A DNA stretch of 58,614 nucleotides, the filler included, from Sphacelaria rigidula (lineage: Eukaryota), in assembly GCA_964200075.2 (NCBI GenBank). It is 5 parts of 5 records of this genome, joined end to end, with 100 filler letters (N's around TTAATTAATTAA, not from the genome) between each part and the next. Parts side by side here need not be neighbours in the genome. Positions count along the whole stretch, not along the records: positions 23,488 to 35,130 come from CAXNAA020004672.1; positions 35,231 to 46,872 come from CAXNAA020004673.1; 3 more parts are not named here. One strand, written 5' to 3'. The notes beneath the pieces were generated by a model that was not told the origin of the DNA, ran no database searches, and saw nothing but the letters and a program-made list of their open reading frames with translations. Positions 25,250 through 38,529 of this stretch are shown one piece after another. Positions within the stretch are counted from its first letter, which is position 1; each line of letters opens with the position of its first letter. The position numbers were made by a program, and so were the translations under genes.

Positions 25250-26843
25250 CAAATATCGAAACAAGTAGATCTGCGATCAATATTGAGTTACTTACGGGCT
25301 TGACCGATCTTTGGAGGTCCTGCGAAAGTGCAACTCCAGGTTTGAGCTTTTCGGTATTTTCGGTACTGTAGACCGACTCGATCCCGATCACATACGAGAT
25401 GTATGCGCAAAAATCGTTATTTTTAAATTCCACCTATTCACCGCGCTAGAGCCGGGAAACCGTGTTTCTCGGACAATTCACGGTCAATAACACCCTCCTG
25501 ATAAAAGGAGCGTTTACTCCGTATCGCCCCCACAATACCAACTTGGATATTGTGGTTCGAGCACGATCTGTTTATTTCGCCAAAACGATCAACGCTAGCA
25601 CTTTCGAGTGCTCATGAAGAATAGTATGCAAAAAAACCCGAAAAGAAAACATTGACGGAAAATGCTGGACTGAGGTCTGTGCAGTCCAGGGGGGAAAGAC
25701 GATCTCGATCGTTATTATAAAGTACCCTAATTTGTCCGACAAGGGATTAGGCATCCCTAACAAAAACTACCACATTTGTTTTGTACCCCATGATGTCTTA
25801 TGTTGTCCCTCGTGTACTCCCTATTTGACCGCTATCGACCTTCCACAGCCGCCGTTCAACCACCCCACGGGACGAAATCGAATTGCCGAAAGACAATTCC
25901 GACGCTTCTTTTCACCTCCTTTTACGGCCTCGAAACTCAAGACCCCGCCGTCGGTGATTTCCACCCCAAACAAACGAGACCCCTGCGGGAGCAATTGAAA
26001 CGCCTCACGACCGTTTGCCCCCCGCTCGCGCAAACAGCACAACAACTTGCGAAATACGGAGCAAGTTCATGTGCCGTCAACAGTGTGTTGCGTGTTTCGC
26101 GAGTTTTTGTGCCGTTTGCGTCGTGTTCTGCTCGTTCTCATGGCTGCTGCGGGGAACACACGACTCGTGAGGGTGCATGTCGCTCTCTGTTCAGAGGGTT
26201 CTCCACGTGCGATGTTCGAGCAGATTGTGTAAGTGTCGATCAAGATGCAGGGACCGGATTTCCATGTCCCTGAGCGCACTGCATCTTTGTTTGCTACAAA
26301 ACTTGTTCGAAATTGCATCGACGTGCCTCTCTGTGGTGGAGCTCCCTGGTCTTCTGGGGCAAGGCTTGGTCTCGGTGTGAAAGAACTCAGCGCGGGTGGT
26401 GATATTCACGCACCTATCATTTCGCAAGTTATATCCCCCTCTCTACTCCGTTCCGCTTTCCGAGGAAATGTCAACCGGTGGTATTGTTCCGAAACTCGTT
26501 GTCGCGCCGAAGAAGTCAAGCCACCTGCCCACTGTAGGCGTTTCGGATAAGGAATTGCGTCGACCGAGTCACATGCATCGCTGAAATAGTTCCAAACTTT
26601 TTGTTGGCACCTGTGTGGAAAAGCCGAGCAGTCTCGCCATGACACTGTTTCGAGGTCCGATTATGGGCCGTAGAACGTCGGAGACGAGGAGTTCCAAATG
26701 ACCCCGCACTCTCTTCGAGCTCTCGAAGAATGCTTGGTCTAAAGCGTTTCAATGGTTGAGGCAGGCGAAGCATGAAAAACAAGCAGTCCTTGACATCGAA
26801 TGACTGCCTTTGGTTGTACGCTATTTTCCCGTAGGATTGAGTT

Positions 26844-26896
<53 letters not shown>

Positions 26897-26953
26897 ATAC
26901 TCACACTCACTCACGCGCGCACGCACACGCACACGCGCACACACACACACACA
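26844..26953. repeat. (CA)n microsatellite, compound
   Basis: Direct inspection. Confidence 0.95.
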
Positions 26954-27014
26954 CCTGTCCATCGCCGCCCCATCCCCTCCTTTCCCTGAACGCCTCGATA
27001 CATACAGCAAACAG

Positions 27015-27277
27015 CGCCGTTCACGGAGGTAATGCGCAGCCAGAACCCAAGGCGATACATCGGAGAGGATGCGGGGATGGGGGATGAGACGGGCGTTGGG
27101 GGCCCGAGAGGGGACGGGCGCGGCCGGCCGTGGACTCTCAATTTGTGCTCGAAGAGACTGTCGCTGCTGAACAGAAAGCTGCGGCAGGTCAAGGATTTGA
27201 TGGTGAAGCAGGCCAGGGACCCGGATTCGTTGGACCCCGCCCAAGTGCAGAAAATTGGCCGGAAAATGGATCTTGAG
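27015..27277 (+). CDS. Exon of unknown protein with a basic helical-hairpin/coiled-coil motif
   Basis: KRLSLLNRKLRQVKDLMVKQARDPDSLDPAQVQKIGRKMDLE followed by a GTTCGT donor at 27278. Resembles the KKLRQIxxL..LxxxQxxK hairpin seen in PYM/eIF2A-like C-termini. The acceptor is uncertain (27008 or 27015). Confidence 0.6.
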
Positions 27278-27733
27278 GTTCGTGTGCGACCCGTCGTGTC
27301 TTGCGCGTTGTCGAGAGGCGTGTGTGGTGGAGGCCACGATTTCGTTCTTGCTCGCCATTTTGAGTGTTTGTTTCTGTAATGGTGTGTCCTTGATCGGTCT
27401 TCCCTTTCCGTGTTTAGGAGACTTGCTATTCAATTTCGCGTGAAAGTGAAGGTGTTGTCATTACTGACGTCCGCCGTCGGGCGTGAGGTGATTCGCGCGT
27501 GGAACGTATTCGGTATGATCGCCATGTTCCTCGCCATATCATGGCAGATTTCGACCGGTGTGTTTTCGCGAGCTCCTCGACCCCCCCACCCCGTCCATTC
27601 CCATCCTCAAAACACCATTCGCAACAAGGGCTCACTGCGCATAGCTCGCTATGAAAGTGCCCTCCCCATAGTCGTGATAGCATTCACGCACCGGAGTCTG
27701 CTTCGCCGACCCCCTTGCTCAAATTACACATAG

Positions 27734-27908
27734 CTGGAGATTGCGGAGCTGGAGGCGCTTCGGAGAGACCTCGTTGCAAATGAAGATGCTGGGGGGAAAG
27801 GAGGGGGTAGATACGATCCGGCAACCGGAGAGCGAACCGTGCAAAAGGCGGAAAGAGGGAGTAAGACGAAGCTGCCCCCGGGACCCTTTGCAGATTCACA
27901 ACGAGAAG
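27734..27908 (+). CDS. Next exon of the same unknown protein
   Basis: TAG acceptor at 27731-27733. The phase-0 join gives MDLE|LEIAELEALRRDL, continuing the helix. The 3' boundary is uncertain (GT at 27909 or 27911). Confidence 0.55.
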
Positions 27909-27966
27909 GTGTGAGGAATGTCATCAGAAACCCCCACGAGTCAAGTCGCACGGTTTGTCGGCGGTA

Positions 27967-28553
27967 CGAGCTGGGCCAGCAGTGAAAAATCCCGCATTCG
28001 CTTTCCACACCACAACTTCGCAAGTTTTCCAAATCAGCGCGACTTGAGCATATCGATGTGAAGTGCAGACCAACCTGGTAACACACGGCACTGCCGCTGA
28101 ATGAAAAAAAATAATGAAAAACAAGTTCTGCATAATATGTGACCTTAACGGCGGACGAAAAAACGAGAGAATCTGTCGGGATTCGAACTCACGACCTCCA
28201 CAAGTACAGTCCCCTGGATCACTTGAATTAGATGGGCGCAGCCGTGTCACACGAAAAGTGCGACGCAGAGCCCAATTCGAGGTATTTTTGGCCGAACCTT
28301 TACCAGGATTTCGTTGACGTGAGTGCCCGTATGTGTTGGAGCGTTGTCGTTTTCATCCATTTTTAAGAAAGTTGTACTGGAGCATTTTTCCTGTTTTTGC
28401 CGAAACTTCAACTCGCCATGACTTATTTTATTTTATTTCCTCTGCACTACTACTAGGGTTGCGCGGGTTGATGATCGAAATGCCGTGTCGAAATTTCAGC
28501 GCCCAACTCTTCGAATTACCAATGAATTCTCCACTCTTCGCTGGCCCAGCTCG
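27967..28553. mobile_element. Tc1/mariner-type MITE (same TIR as 21407-22603)
   Basis: TA|CGAGCTGGGCCAGC ... GCTGGCCCAGCTCG|TA. Confidence 0.8.
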
Positions 28554-29073
28554 TAGTGAGAAATAGAGCGGGACTTGAAATTGGCGGTGGCATTGTGTTA
28601 AATTGCCAACGCCATATTTTCTGTCGGTCTCCGTTCTAAGCACGGGTTTACAACACTGCGGTGTGATCGCGCTGCGTCACACTACTTCGAAGCATTGTAT
28701 CGCCTGTTGAGACATGAAATCAAGCGGCTCAAAGCTCCGGATGGATAAAAGCGGGTGCTCCCATTACAGAACGAGGGGTGGGTCCGAGGGTAGTGGAACG
28801 AACTTGGATGAGGGGAGGGCGGCACTGTTCTGCCTGGTGTAGTGTCACGTTTCTCACCACCCCTCCTCAAATAAGATAATGTGGAGGCAGCAGACTCGAT
28901 GAAGCAAATATTCGCGATCATACCGGTATAGACCTTTGAATCACGTCCATACTGTTTTTCCTGGCCAACCCACCCACCATTGGTGGCACCCGTGGGCAAT
29001 GGGTATTTCGGAAAAAAGCAGGCACAAGAGCAACAGGGCTCGTACAAATACGATGTTCGTCCTTCATTCTGGC

Positions 29074-29076
<3 letters not shown>

Positions 29077-29148
<72 letters not shown>
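29077..29148. repeat. (AC)n microsatellite
   Basis: Perfect dinucleotide run. Confidence 0.97.
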
Positions 29149-29151
<3 letters not shown>

Positions 29152-30509
29152 GGGTACTTCAGCAGCCATCGTTGAAGCCCAGGGTTGTGCTCTTCGTCTC
29201 ACATAATTGCTTGCTTTTTGCTCCTCCTGGTTTCGTCCTCATCATGGCGTTCTCATTCGCAGTGTATCACGTCGGGACTTGGTGCCCTAGCTAGAAGGCT
29301 TTGCGGCTTGCCTGTCTATCGCAGTTACGTCGACTCTGTGCCTGGTATTTGAGCAAGAATGATGTGGTCAACGAGATCACTCGAAACATCATAGTAAGCA
29401 CGGCGATTGCGCCGCTCATGGCCCTTGCTGGCGAATTGAAGCTCTCTGGACCTCCCGTTGTGCTCCATATCTTGCACGTGAGACAGTCATTACATCATTG
29501 ATGTCCTTGTTTGGAATTCGAATGCTGTCAATCGATCAGCCTTCTCTTTTTTTATTAAGTTCAGAACAACAAGCACTGACTGTGCAGTCAGTGTTAGATA
29601 CGGGCTGTCCACTAGAGCCGAGTCAAGCATACTTCGACGTCTGGATATGTATACGGCTGTCCGACTCATGTCGCGTTGTTTCATTTATAGCATAACTGTG
29701 ACGTCTAAATACTCCGAGCACACACACACTGGTTCAAGCAGCACCGGCTGCCTAGCCAGAAAGGAAAAAGCAGCTCGCACAACTCCAGTTGTCGAGATGG
29801 AAGTCAATCAAACGAAGACATGTAGATATGGTTGTTATCACGTTGGACACCACTAACATACGTGAGAAGAAAACTCACACACTGATCTCAGAGGGGCGGG
29901 GGGGTGCGGACGTACACCTCCATCAGCTCCTCCGTAAACTATGACAAATGTCCCTTATTTCTTCCAATCGAGAACGCACAGCACACCTCAAGACAACTCT
30001 GCTTTTGTTCCTTTCCACTTTGAGAAGGAACATGAGATGAACACCGTTCTGAAGATCAATCCGTACGGTATCGTTTCGCATCGGGTAATCCGCCGCATTT
30101 TCTACCAACGGCCTCGGAATAGTATAGTGGATCTTACGCTGTTGCATCTCACGCTGTTCTCCATGAGTCGTATTACCACATGATTGACACCCTCCCCAAT
30201 TTTGCACATCGTAAACTCGAACACATATGAGAAAAAATACACTCAAACATGGCTCACAGAAATTAGTGAAACACTTCAAACTTGAAACCCCCACAACAAT
30301 GTTCCCTGCGAGCACAAGTCGCATCCAAGTTTCAACCGAAATATAGCCTAGAATCGACGATGACACGGATTTCATGAGAATGCACTTGACCTCTACTGCA
30401 ACGCACTGAGTTAAACCTCGCGGCGGCATTTCAATCAAAACGTTCATAGCTTGAGATATAACCCGTTCAAGGTCCGAGATTCATACCTCAGTCGACAAAG
30501 TTGCCCAAG

Positions 30510-33500
30510 TTACTTGATGTTCATCAAGACATTCCTGTGGTACCGGGAACTATCCTCAGGTAACGGTTTCGTCAGCACATCAGCGTGCTGTTGAGCGGTC
30601 GGGACAAACTCCACTCGAATGACCTGCTCAGACACCAACTCTCTCAAACGGTGATTGCGTATATCTATATGCTTACTGTTGTGGGAGGTTCGCGTAATAT
30701 TCGCGAGCTAAATAGCTCCCTGGTTGTCCTCATGTACTGTCACCGGAATGGAAAACTTCTTCCTCTGCGGTTGCATAAATCTCACTACCTCCTTCACAAA
30801 AACAGCATCTTTCACCACATCCCCTATCGCTACATACTCAGCCTGAGTCGCGGACAACGTTGAATTTGAGTCCGACAGAAAAATCCGACCACAGCCTCAC
30901 AGAAACATATTGCCCCTCCCGACACTGAACCCCGATCGACGAATTTTGCGTAGTCAGCATCCGCATACGCTACCAACTAGTCGGTTCCTGACATACATAA
31001 TGCCTAGATCTGCCGTAGTCCTCAGGCATTTAAAAATCCTCAACACTTTGCGCTAGTCTTCTGCTGACGGGTTCTCGTTGTGCCTCGACGCAGCTCTCAC
31101 GACATAGGCGATGTCCGGGCAAGTATTGCCGTATATCCACATCAGCGTATACCCCCTCGCGATACCTCCCTCTCCCTCATCGACCTTGGAAGAAGGGGAA
31201 ACATTCGCGGGGGTAGCTGCGGCTCTAGTGATGAGAAAACCTCTCTCGAATCCGTTGGATATGTGTAGTGTGTGAAAACTTCAGAGCACCCTCCTCGAGG
31301 TCGTGCCTGTATTAGCACCCCTCATACACGACCAGTTCTCCAAGATATTTCGTCGGAAAGTGACAGTTGAGATCTATAGCCAATCTGTTGCACACAGCCT
31401 CATCACCCACCACGAACATGTCATCGACATGAACCATAATCAAAACCTCCTCCCCGCCCATTAACCTGTACATGCACGGATCAACCCAGCTCTGGTCGAA
31501 GCCCAGACTTTTCAGAGCCCAGAGTGTTCTCCATCTTCTCAAATAATTATCTAGCCGCTTGTCGAATCCCATACAAACTTTTCCTCAGGTGTACGACAGT
31601 ACCTGACCGTTCAGCTAGACCTGGTGACAATCGCATGTACACTTCATTATTCAGCTCAAATTGTACAAGAGCTTGCTCACCTTTGAAGTGAAAAATGTTC
31701 TTTCCATCGGCGCAAGCTACCCCGAGGTTGTTGAGGACCGGGTCGGTGGAAACGTTGCAATATCGCCAATCCCTTGACGATCACCCCTAAAATTCGGTGA
31801 AGCTTTTGCCTTCATCACATAACCATGCTCATCAGTCTTCCACTGAAAAACCCACTTAGAATCTATTGCTTTCTCTTCTACTGGCGGCGAGTCTCTCAAT
31901 CCCACCAAGAGTAAGATGTGGAATAACCTCCAACTCAGACTACCCTGATTGTTTTGGGTCGTCCGTGTCGCCCAGGAAAGCCAGTATCCTGTCCGCGCCC
32001 CACAAATCCACCCTCGACACCCACAACGCACTGTGATCGCCTTCTTGATGTTGTAGGTCAGAAACGTATTGATATAGTCGATGTTATTTGCGTTGTTGCT
32101 GTGGCAGTTGTGTCTGTTGCCTGGTCCGACCTAGCGTCGGCTCAACCGAACCTTGTTGGTTCGCGGCATCTCCGCCACCGACAGACGATGTCTCCCACGA
32201 ATCACGATCGGAAGATGGTGCACACGATGTAGACGACGTAGGCGACGCAGGCGGCTGCTCCACTGTGTTCTCGCCATCGTCGTTGTGTGGTCCCTGGTCA
32301 GGTTCCGACCGCTCATTGCCATCTCGTTCACACTCCTCGGACACCGCACCATCTGCGAATCCCCCACTCCGAGGAAGGTGGCTCTATTAGGAGTAGGAAC
32401 GGTGCTTCGTCTCGAAAGGGATGCGTGGTCAATGGTCAAACGACTAAGGCAAGCAGCAAATGAGTACCCCCCCACTCCGAGGTCCGACTCCCCTGAATCA
32501 AAGTCCTCGGCATCACCCTCCCCGCTCTTTACATCCTGCGAAATTTCCCCAACCCGCGTAGAAAACGGAAGCGCCGTCTGCCAGCTTGAAGGGGGGTAAA
32601 CGGCACCAAGTGACATTGCGGGTGGTGATGACATATCTACCCTTCGTGTGCGTCCTCATGAAGTCGCGAGGGTAGTTGTGACCAGGTCCTGAGTAAAAAT
32701 ACTCCTGTGCTTTGGGCATACACTTCGATGTCCTTTTCTACTCGACGTATCCTGGCTTGAAGAAAGGTAGAAGCTTAACCCGGGTTACTTCACCATCGTA
32801 TAGTTCATCTGGAGACTTCTCACCAGGGTTAGCCGTTGTAGCAGAGCGGTTTATCGTGTCTGGTACCCAACGATACGATTCAGCCCTCATCCCGTCGGAA
32901 CATCAACACCGTACAGTACCTTCGCCTGGAGACGTGCAGCCATAGCGGCCTGCTCAACCATTGCTATCGCACGCTCAGCCACACCGTTATACTCAGGACT
33001 GTCTGGTGGAGTATATTACTGTCTAAGACCGCGTGTACTACACAGGTCGCTGAAAGACCCAGCAAACTCTTCACCACCGTCCGACCTCACAGTCTCCACC
33101 ACCGAGGGAATGAATGCACTGTGCTCCTATAGCTGCGAGGTACTGCTCGAATGCTCTCGTGGTGTCAGACTTGTGTTGACCGAAAAAATCCAGATTTTCC
33201 GCGAAAAACCATCCCGGAATTAGAAACGAATAGTTGGTACCACCCGTACTCTAGAAAAACTCCGGTCCGGACACATCCATGAACACTCGCTCAAACGGCT
33301 TTTCTGCTCTAGTGTTGGTTAAAGTCGGAATGGGCTCCGGCAGCCCCTTCGTCATAGAGCACCCCTTGCACTCCTCCAACTTTCCCACCAGAGTCGTCCC
33401 CTGCTGTTTCGCTGTTTCCCGCAACAAGCCTTCATGCAGGTGGCAATGAGACCGATGAAAGAGTTGATGCCCACCAGATCCAGGTTGATTTATATTATTC

Positions 33501-33940
33501 CAGGGGCGAGAACAGCACTGGCAGACTCATCGCGGTAAACTTTGCTGTCCGTTGAGGTGGTTGATTATCAAGATCGAGTGAAAACCATGATATATCATTC
33601 CTTCCTTCTTGAAAAACATTTCCCTTACATCAGGCGAAGTCATCACAGTCCCTCTCTTCGTCATAATATCGGCAAATCATGTTCCACGGCCACACTCTGC
33701 AGGGAAAACAAATTTACGTTTTACTCTGGGACATGTGCCACCCTGTTGATACTGAAAGTTGGTTGAATCATCATCACCAACCGTTGATACCAACAACCCT
33801 CTGAAACCTGCTATCGTATTTTATGGCTGTTTGCTGCAGTGTCCGATACACCCGTGCAAGGCTCGTAATCACACATTCTCTCCTTCGATATTCGATAGAG
33901 TCATGTGACGCTCCGCTATCCGCTATTCAAACCTCCTTGC
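30510..33940 (-). mobile_element. Degenerate Ty1/Copia pol (protease - integrase - RT - RNase H)
   Basis: Copia domain order on the minus strand: IADSGASH (about 33925), LVGKLEECKGC, PPDSPEYNGVAERAI, YFYSGPGHNYP, AIDSKWVFQWKTDEHG, DPCMY...VHVDDM, VAYADADYA, ADVLTKPL. Many stops and frameshifts; no LTRs identified. Confidence 0.9.
32375..32468 (+). mobile_element. 94-bp family A retroelement tail nested in the Copia element
   Basis: Perfect 14-bp TSD CCCCCACTCCGAGG at 32361-32374 and 32469-32482. Confidence 0.9.
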
Positions 33941-35130
33941 CCCCCTCATCTAGAATTGGGCGGTCATCTTGTGTACCGTATGCTGAGGATGCGTGTTCAC
34001 CAGTCTTGGTATTCATTTCAACATGCCCAAAATCTGCGGAATCCTTGATAATGACTGATGTACACATCGCGACCATTTTATGAAACCCCTTGGAGTGTCC
34101 CTTGCCTCCACATTCCTCACAAATACGTTAGGGGCATTCCGATTCAAAATGACCGGTCTTACCCCACTCGAGACACGGTAGATTCTTCCTTCCAATTTTC
34201 TGTTTTTGTTGGACGACTGCCGTCAGTATTTCCAGTCGTACCTTGCTAGTACAACGTGCTGTCGCTGATTTTCGCGACCTACAAGCTTGTTCAGATTGAA
34301 TGCCAAAAATTTGTTCCCCGACTAATGACGAGCGCAATATCCAGCCAATATGCACAAATATGGCATCATACTGACCGCAATGAACACACGAAAAGGGTGA
34401 CATAGCCGGGTTTTTGTTCAAGGCTATAGAGGTGGCGCTATGGACAAAAATGTGTCTCGACCAATCAGCGCCTTTCAAATTGTTCCGAAATTGAAAACAT
34501 GAATTTCAAGCCCAATTTCCACCGAATCTCAATATGGTTCAAATCGTAGTAACCGTCATCAGCTTGGGAATCAAACGGGAGAAACAGAGTTGAAAATGGT
34601 CCCAACGGGGTCGAGTTTTGCCCAAAACCGTAATGTTTCGGTGATAGGGAGCTTTGGGGTTGTTTGGGGTTGTCGAATTTCCACTCATGATACCTACGAA
34701 AGACCCATGGAGCCTCGAGACGATTTCCCTTTTTTCTGTTGGAGAAACGCTTAGATCATCCTCAAATTTGGCAGTTTCGTGAGTATTGGTGCTTCAAATG
34801 GAAAAATTATATTCTTGGCAACATTTCTAAGTTTCTCCGTTCGCTACCGGCTTCCTGGGGTCCCAGCTTACAGACTTCCGGAAACTGGTACAGTATGCAA
34901 AACTGAATCGCTGGGTCTTTTACCGTGAAAGCAACCCCCACAAAAGCGCTTATGTACTTTAATCAAGTATTTACAGACTTTTTTATACTTCAGCGCACGT
35001 TTTGGCATTTCCTCACGCCGTTTTTTCGAGTTAGACCACGAAAATTTGCACATATGTTCTGGAGGGCACTATCTAAAACTCAAAAACTTTTTTTTTTTCT
35101 GTGACTTTTTATCCAAGGTCGCGGTTGACC

Positions 35131-35230
35131 NNNNNNNNNNNNNNNNNNNNNNNNNNNNNNNNNNNNNNNNNNNNTTAATTAATTAANNNNNNNNNNNNNN
35201 NNNNNNNNNNNNNNNNNNNNNNNNNNNNNN
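35131..35230. other. Artificial contig spacer
   Basis: 44N-TTAATTAATTAA-44N. Confidence 0.98.
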
Positions 35231-37033
35231 AGTAGTAGTAGTAGAGTAGTAGTAATGGTAGTAGCAGCAGCAGCAATAATACTAATAACTGGTGGTGAGC
35301 CACGGCTGACGCACGTGGCAGCAGCGCCGCAGGTACCAACCAACGCCACGGGTCTCGCACGCGTGATGGCTTTGAACAAAGTTGTGAAAAAAAAAAGAAG
35401 TAATGTTGACCAAGTATAATAAAGTCCAAGTAAATAAGGACTTCCCGTCGTTATGTGGCCACGGCTGGATCTCTGTGGGGTCAGTTAGCGTGCGACAATC
35501 ATAAAAAACAAAAGTCCCACGGCTAATCTTACCGTTAACCTTACCGTTAGGGGTCCTGAATAGGAGGGGGGGGGGGTGCTAGCCTCCGAAAAGTGTCCGG
35601 GCTGTTCGACGACCTTTGCTGCAAATTGCCCACTTTTCTTCGTTTCTTCGAATACACTTTGATGTTAGACGGTATCCTTGACATGGAGAAATCGTCCGTT
35701 AAGGTGACACCCTCCTTATTCAGACGCCACATACACCTCTACACCACTGACACATTCCGGGGTTGAACCTTTTTTTCGAGTGCCTTTCAAGCTTACCCTC
35801 GAAACCTGCAGAAATGGGTCATTTTCCGATTTTTTCCGCTGAGAGCGGGACGTGCCCCGGCAAAGTTTTTAACCCGGTGGGTGCGTTTGGGTTCGAAGCA
35901 CACAACGCAAAAAATAGCGGTCATGATCCGGCCTTGTAGTGGGTGTGAAAATTATTTCAAGAGTCGTTCAGTTTTTAAATTGTTTTTCTTCAAGGAGAGT
36001 ATTTGCGTCAGTATTATCTTGTGTGCGTTTATCGAGCAGGAGCCATGGTCTTCTCTCCACTGCATGATCTCTTGGCTTTGCCGCTAGCGATGGTTCGTCT
36101 GTGTATGTGTGCGTGTGAGCTGTGGTGTTGGAGGTGTGCGTGCCGTGGCGTGCGCTATCTGCCGGCTCTGTTACGTGCGGGTGGATTCAAAAGTGGTGTT
36201 GGGTGGACCGGCGGGTCTGCATAAATGTCCTGTGGAACTGGTTCTACTCTGCCGGCAGGTTCTGTTGCTCTTCGCCCATCGGTGCAAAGTGTTCGCTTGT
36301 AAAATTGTGCGTTGCAAAAATCTCATTTTGACAAAAGCGCATTCTGCGCAAGCTTGTAGCGCAGCCCCCATTGAAGTTCCATATATCATTGTTCACACTG
36401 AAACGAAGTCGGGACAACTTCACCCCACCAAGTGGTGAACTCGACTGTAACGAAGAACCACAAAAACGGCTTTCTGGGGAGAGCGGTGATTCTTTCTGTA
36501 CACTGGATGTAGTTGTACACAGGCCTGGAAATCTCAATGGGCGTGACTGAAACACATGACTGAATCACGTTACACCGTCACAACTCAAGCCGACCAACCA
36601 CGCACAGACATCCACGGGACAAGCGCAGCACGCCTGGCGCTAGCTATTGCATTTCTATACACCGTGCTCTTTGTTTCACGGCAATCTGTGTGGTGTTGGA
36701 TGAGGGTCGGCCGTGCCCTGTGCAACAAAACTTGCTGAAGAGGGAGTCGTTCACCGCTTCACGTGGGAACATTTTTTGTTCCCGAAATGATGGGTGATAA
36801 ATACCAAGCGAAGAAAAAAAAATCAAACATAGAAACAAACAACACCCGATGTCTGCTCAACGCCACCCTTGACAGCAAAGAAAATCGCTCATCTTGGGAC
36901 GGTGCGGCGCAAGCTGCGAGGAGTCGGTGGCCGTTGTGTGCGGTGGAAACAATTGGCCAGGACTTTCAAAGTACTGGATTGACGGCCTGCTGTACCCTGT
37001 AACTATATGTACGATCGTGCCCTGCAGGGTGTG

Positions 37034-38220
37034 ATATTGTTCCGCAATTTGAGTTTTGAATACTTCAAGGGCTTTCGAGTGAAAAGTACAGTTTTCCTCC
37101 GCAATGACGTACAATTTCCCGTTCTTTCTGTGTGCTTCGAAGCTGGGTTGCCCTGTAATTCTGTGCTCGGCATAGCTGTACAGTGCAGGCTGTCGCGGTC
37201 ACGGAAGCTGGACTCTGTTGTCGTTGAAAAAGTGGTGCTATATACGTTATGTGAAACGGTTTGGAGCGAACAGCATTTGTCGATGTTGTTTTCGATTCAG
37301 TCGTGTATGCCAAACTGTGGGTGGGACATTGTTCCGCAATTTGAGTTTTGAATATTTCAAATGCTTCCAAATGAACGGCACAGTTTTCCTTGGCAATGAA
37401 GCACACTTTCCCGTTCTTTCTGTGTGCTTCGAAGCTGGCGTGTCCTTCAACTTTGTGTGTTCGACATAGCTGTACAGTGCAGGCTGTCACGGTCATGTAA
37501 GCTGGACCCTGTTGGATGGCAGTACTTGTCAGCGCTTTCAAACCAAAAGAACGGCGGTGCTGCCCTGTATTCTATGTACGACATACAGTTGAAGGCTGTC
37601 GCGGGCATGGCCCACGGAGCACCATGTCGACGAGAAGGTGGTGCTGTTTACGAAGTATATGTTATGTGAAACCAGTCGTGTATCAGAACTGTGGGTGGGA
37701 CATTGTTCCGCAATTTGAGTTTTGGTCGCTTTGAATAGCTTCCAAATGAACGGTACCGTTGTCCTAGGCAATGAAGCACACTTTCCCGTGTTTTCTGTGT
37801 GCTTCGAAGCTGGACTGCCCTGTATTTCCGTTGTACGGTGCAGGCTGTCGCGGTCATGGAAGCTGGACTCTGTTGGATAGTAGTGCTTGTCAGCGCTTGC
37901 AAAGCAAAATAACGGCGGTACTGCCCTCTATCCCATGTACGACATTACGGTACACTGCAGGCTGTCGCGGACATGGCCTTACGGAGCGCAATGTCGATGT
38001 TTTTCTGGATGAAGTCGTGTATTTCCCTGCCGCGTATTGACGAACATGGCATCCGGCAGTTGGAATACAGTGCTTGTTGCCCTATGTTCACTGTACGACG
38101 GTCCGTAGCTGTACAGTGCAGGCTGTCGCAAGCATGGCCTGTGGAGCACCATGTCGATAAGAAAGTGGTGCTAAATAGGGCGTCGGACACAAGAGTGTGT
38201 ATTGTACAAATTGTTCCGAG
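37034..38220. repeat. Degenerate tandem repeat, 3-4 units of about 290-500 bp
   Basis: ATTGTTCCGCAATTTGAGTTTTG recurs at about 37036, 37328 and 37702. GTGCTTCGAAGCTGG and GTGCAGGCTGTC also recur. Confidence 0.8.
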
Positions 38221-38419
38221 AATTATCGTTTTTACTTGGATTGATTATGGATTTGGACGTCAGCGTTATACTGATCTATATACGGAACGAAGAGTCCCTT
38301 ACGCTATTTATGGAGAGCAGAATTGTTTCGAGAATGGTCATTTTCCATTTGGATTGAGTACACATTTGGACGTCAGCGTTATACTGATCTATGTATGGAG
38401 CAGAGAGACATTTACGCTA

Positions 38420-38529
38420 TTAATAATTAAGATTATAATTTTATTATTTTTTATTTATACTATTATTATCATCATTACTATCATTATTATTGTCATCATT
38501 ATCATAATCGTTATTATCAACATCATCAC
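38420..38529. repeat. (ATT/ATC)n low-complexity tract
   Basis: Direct inspection. Confidence 0.9.

Noticed and set aside
28540-28558. CACTA-type terminus (CACTACGAGCTGG on the minus strand)
   Set aside because: Across five termini only TA+CGAGCTGGGCCA is invariant, which fits a TA duplication rather than CACTA.
26800-29294. Poly-HT / poly-CV ORFs
   Set aside because: They are translations of (CA)n microsatellites.
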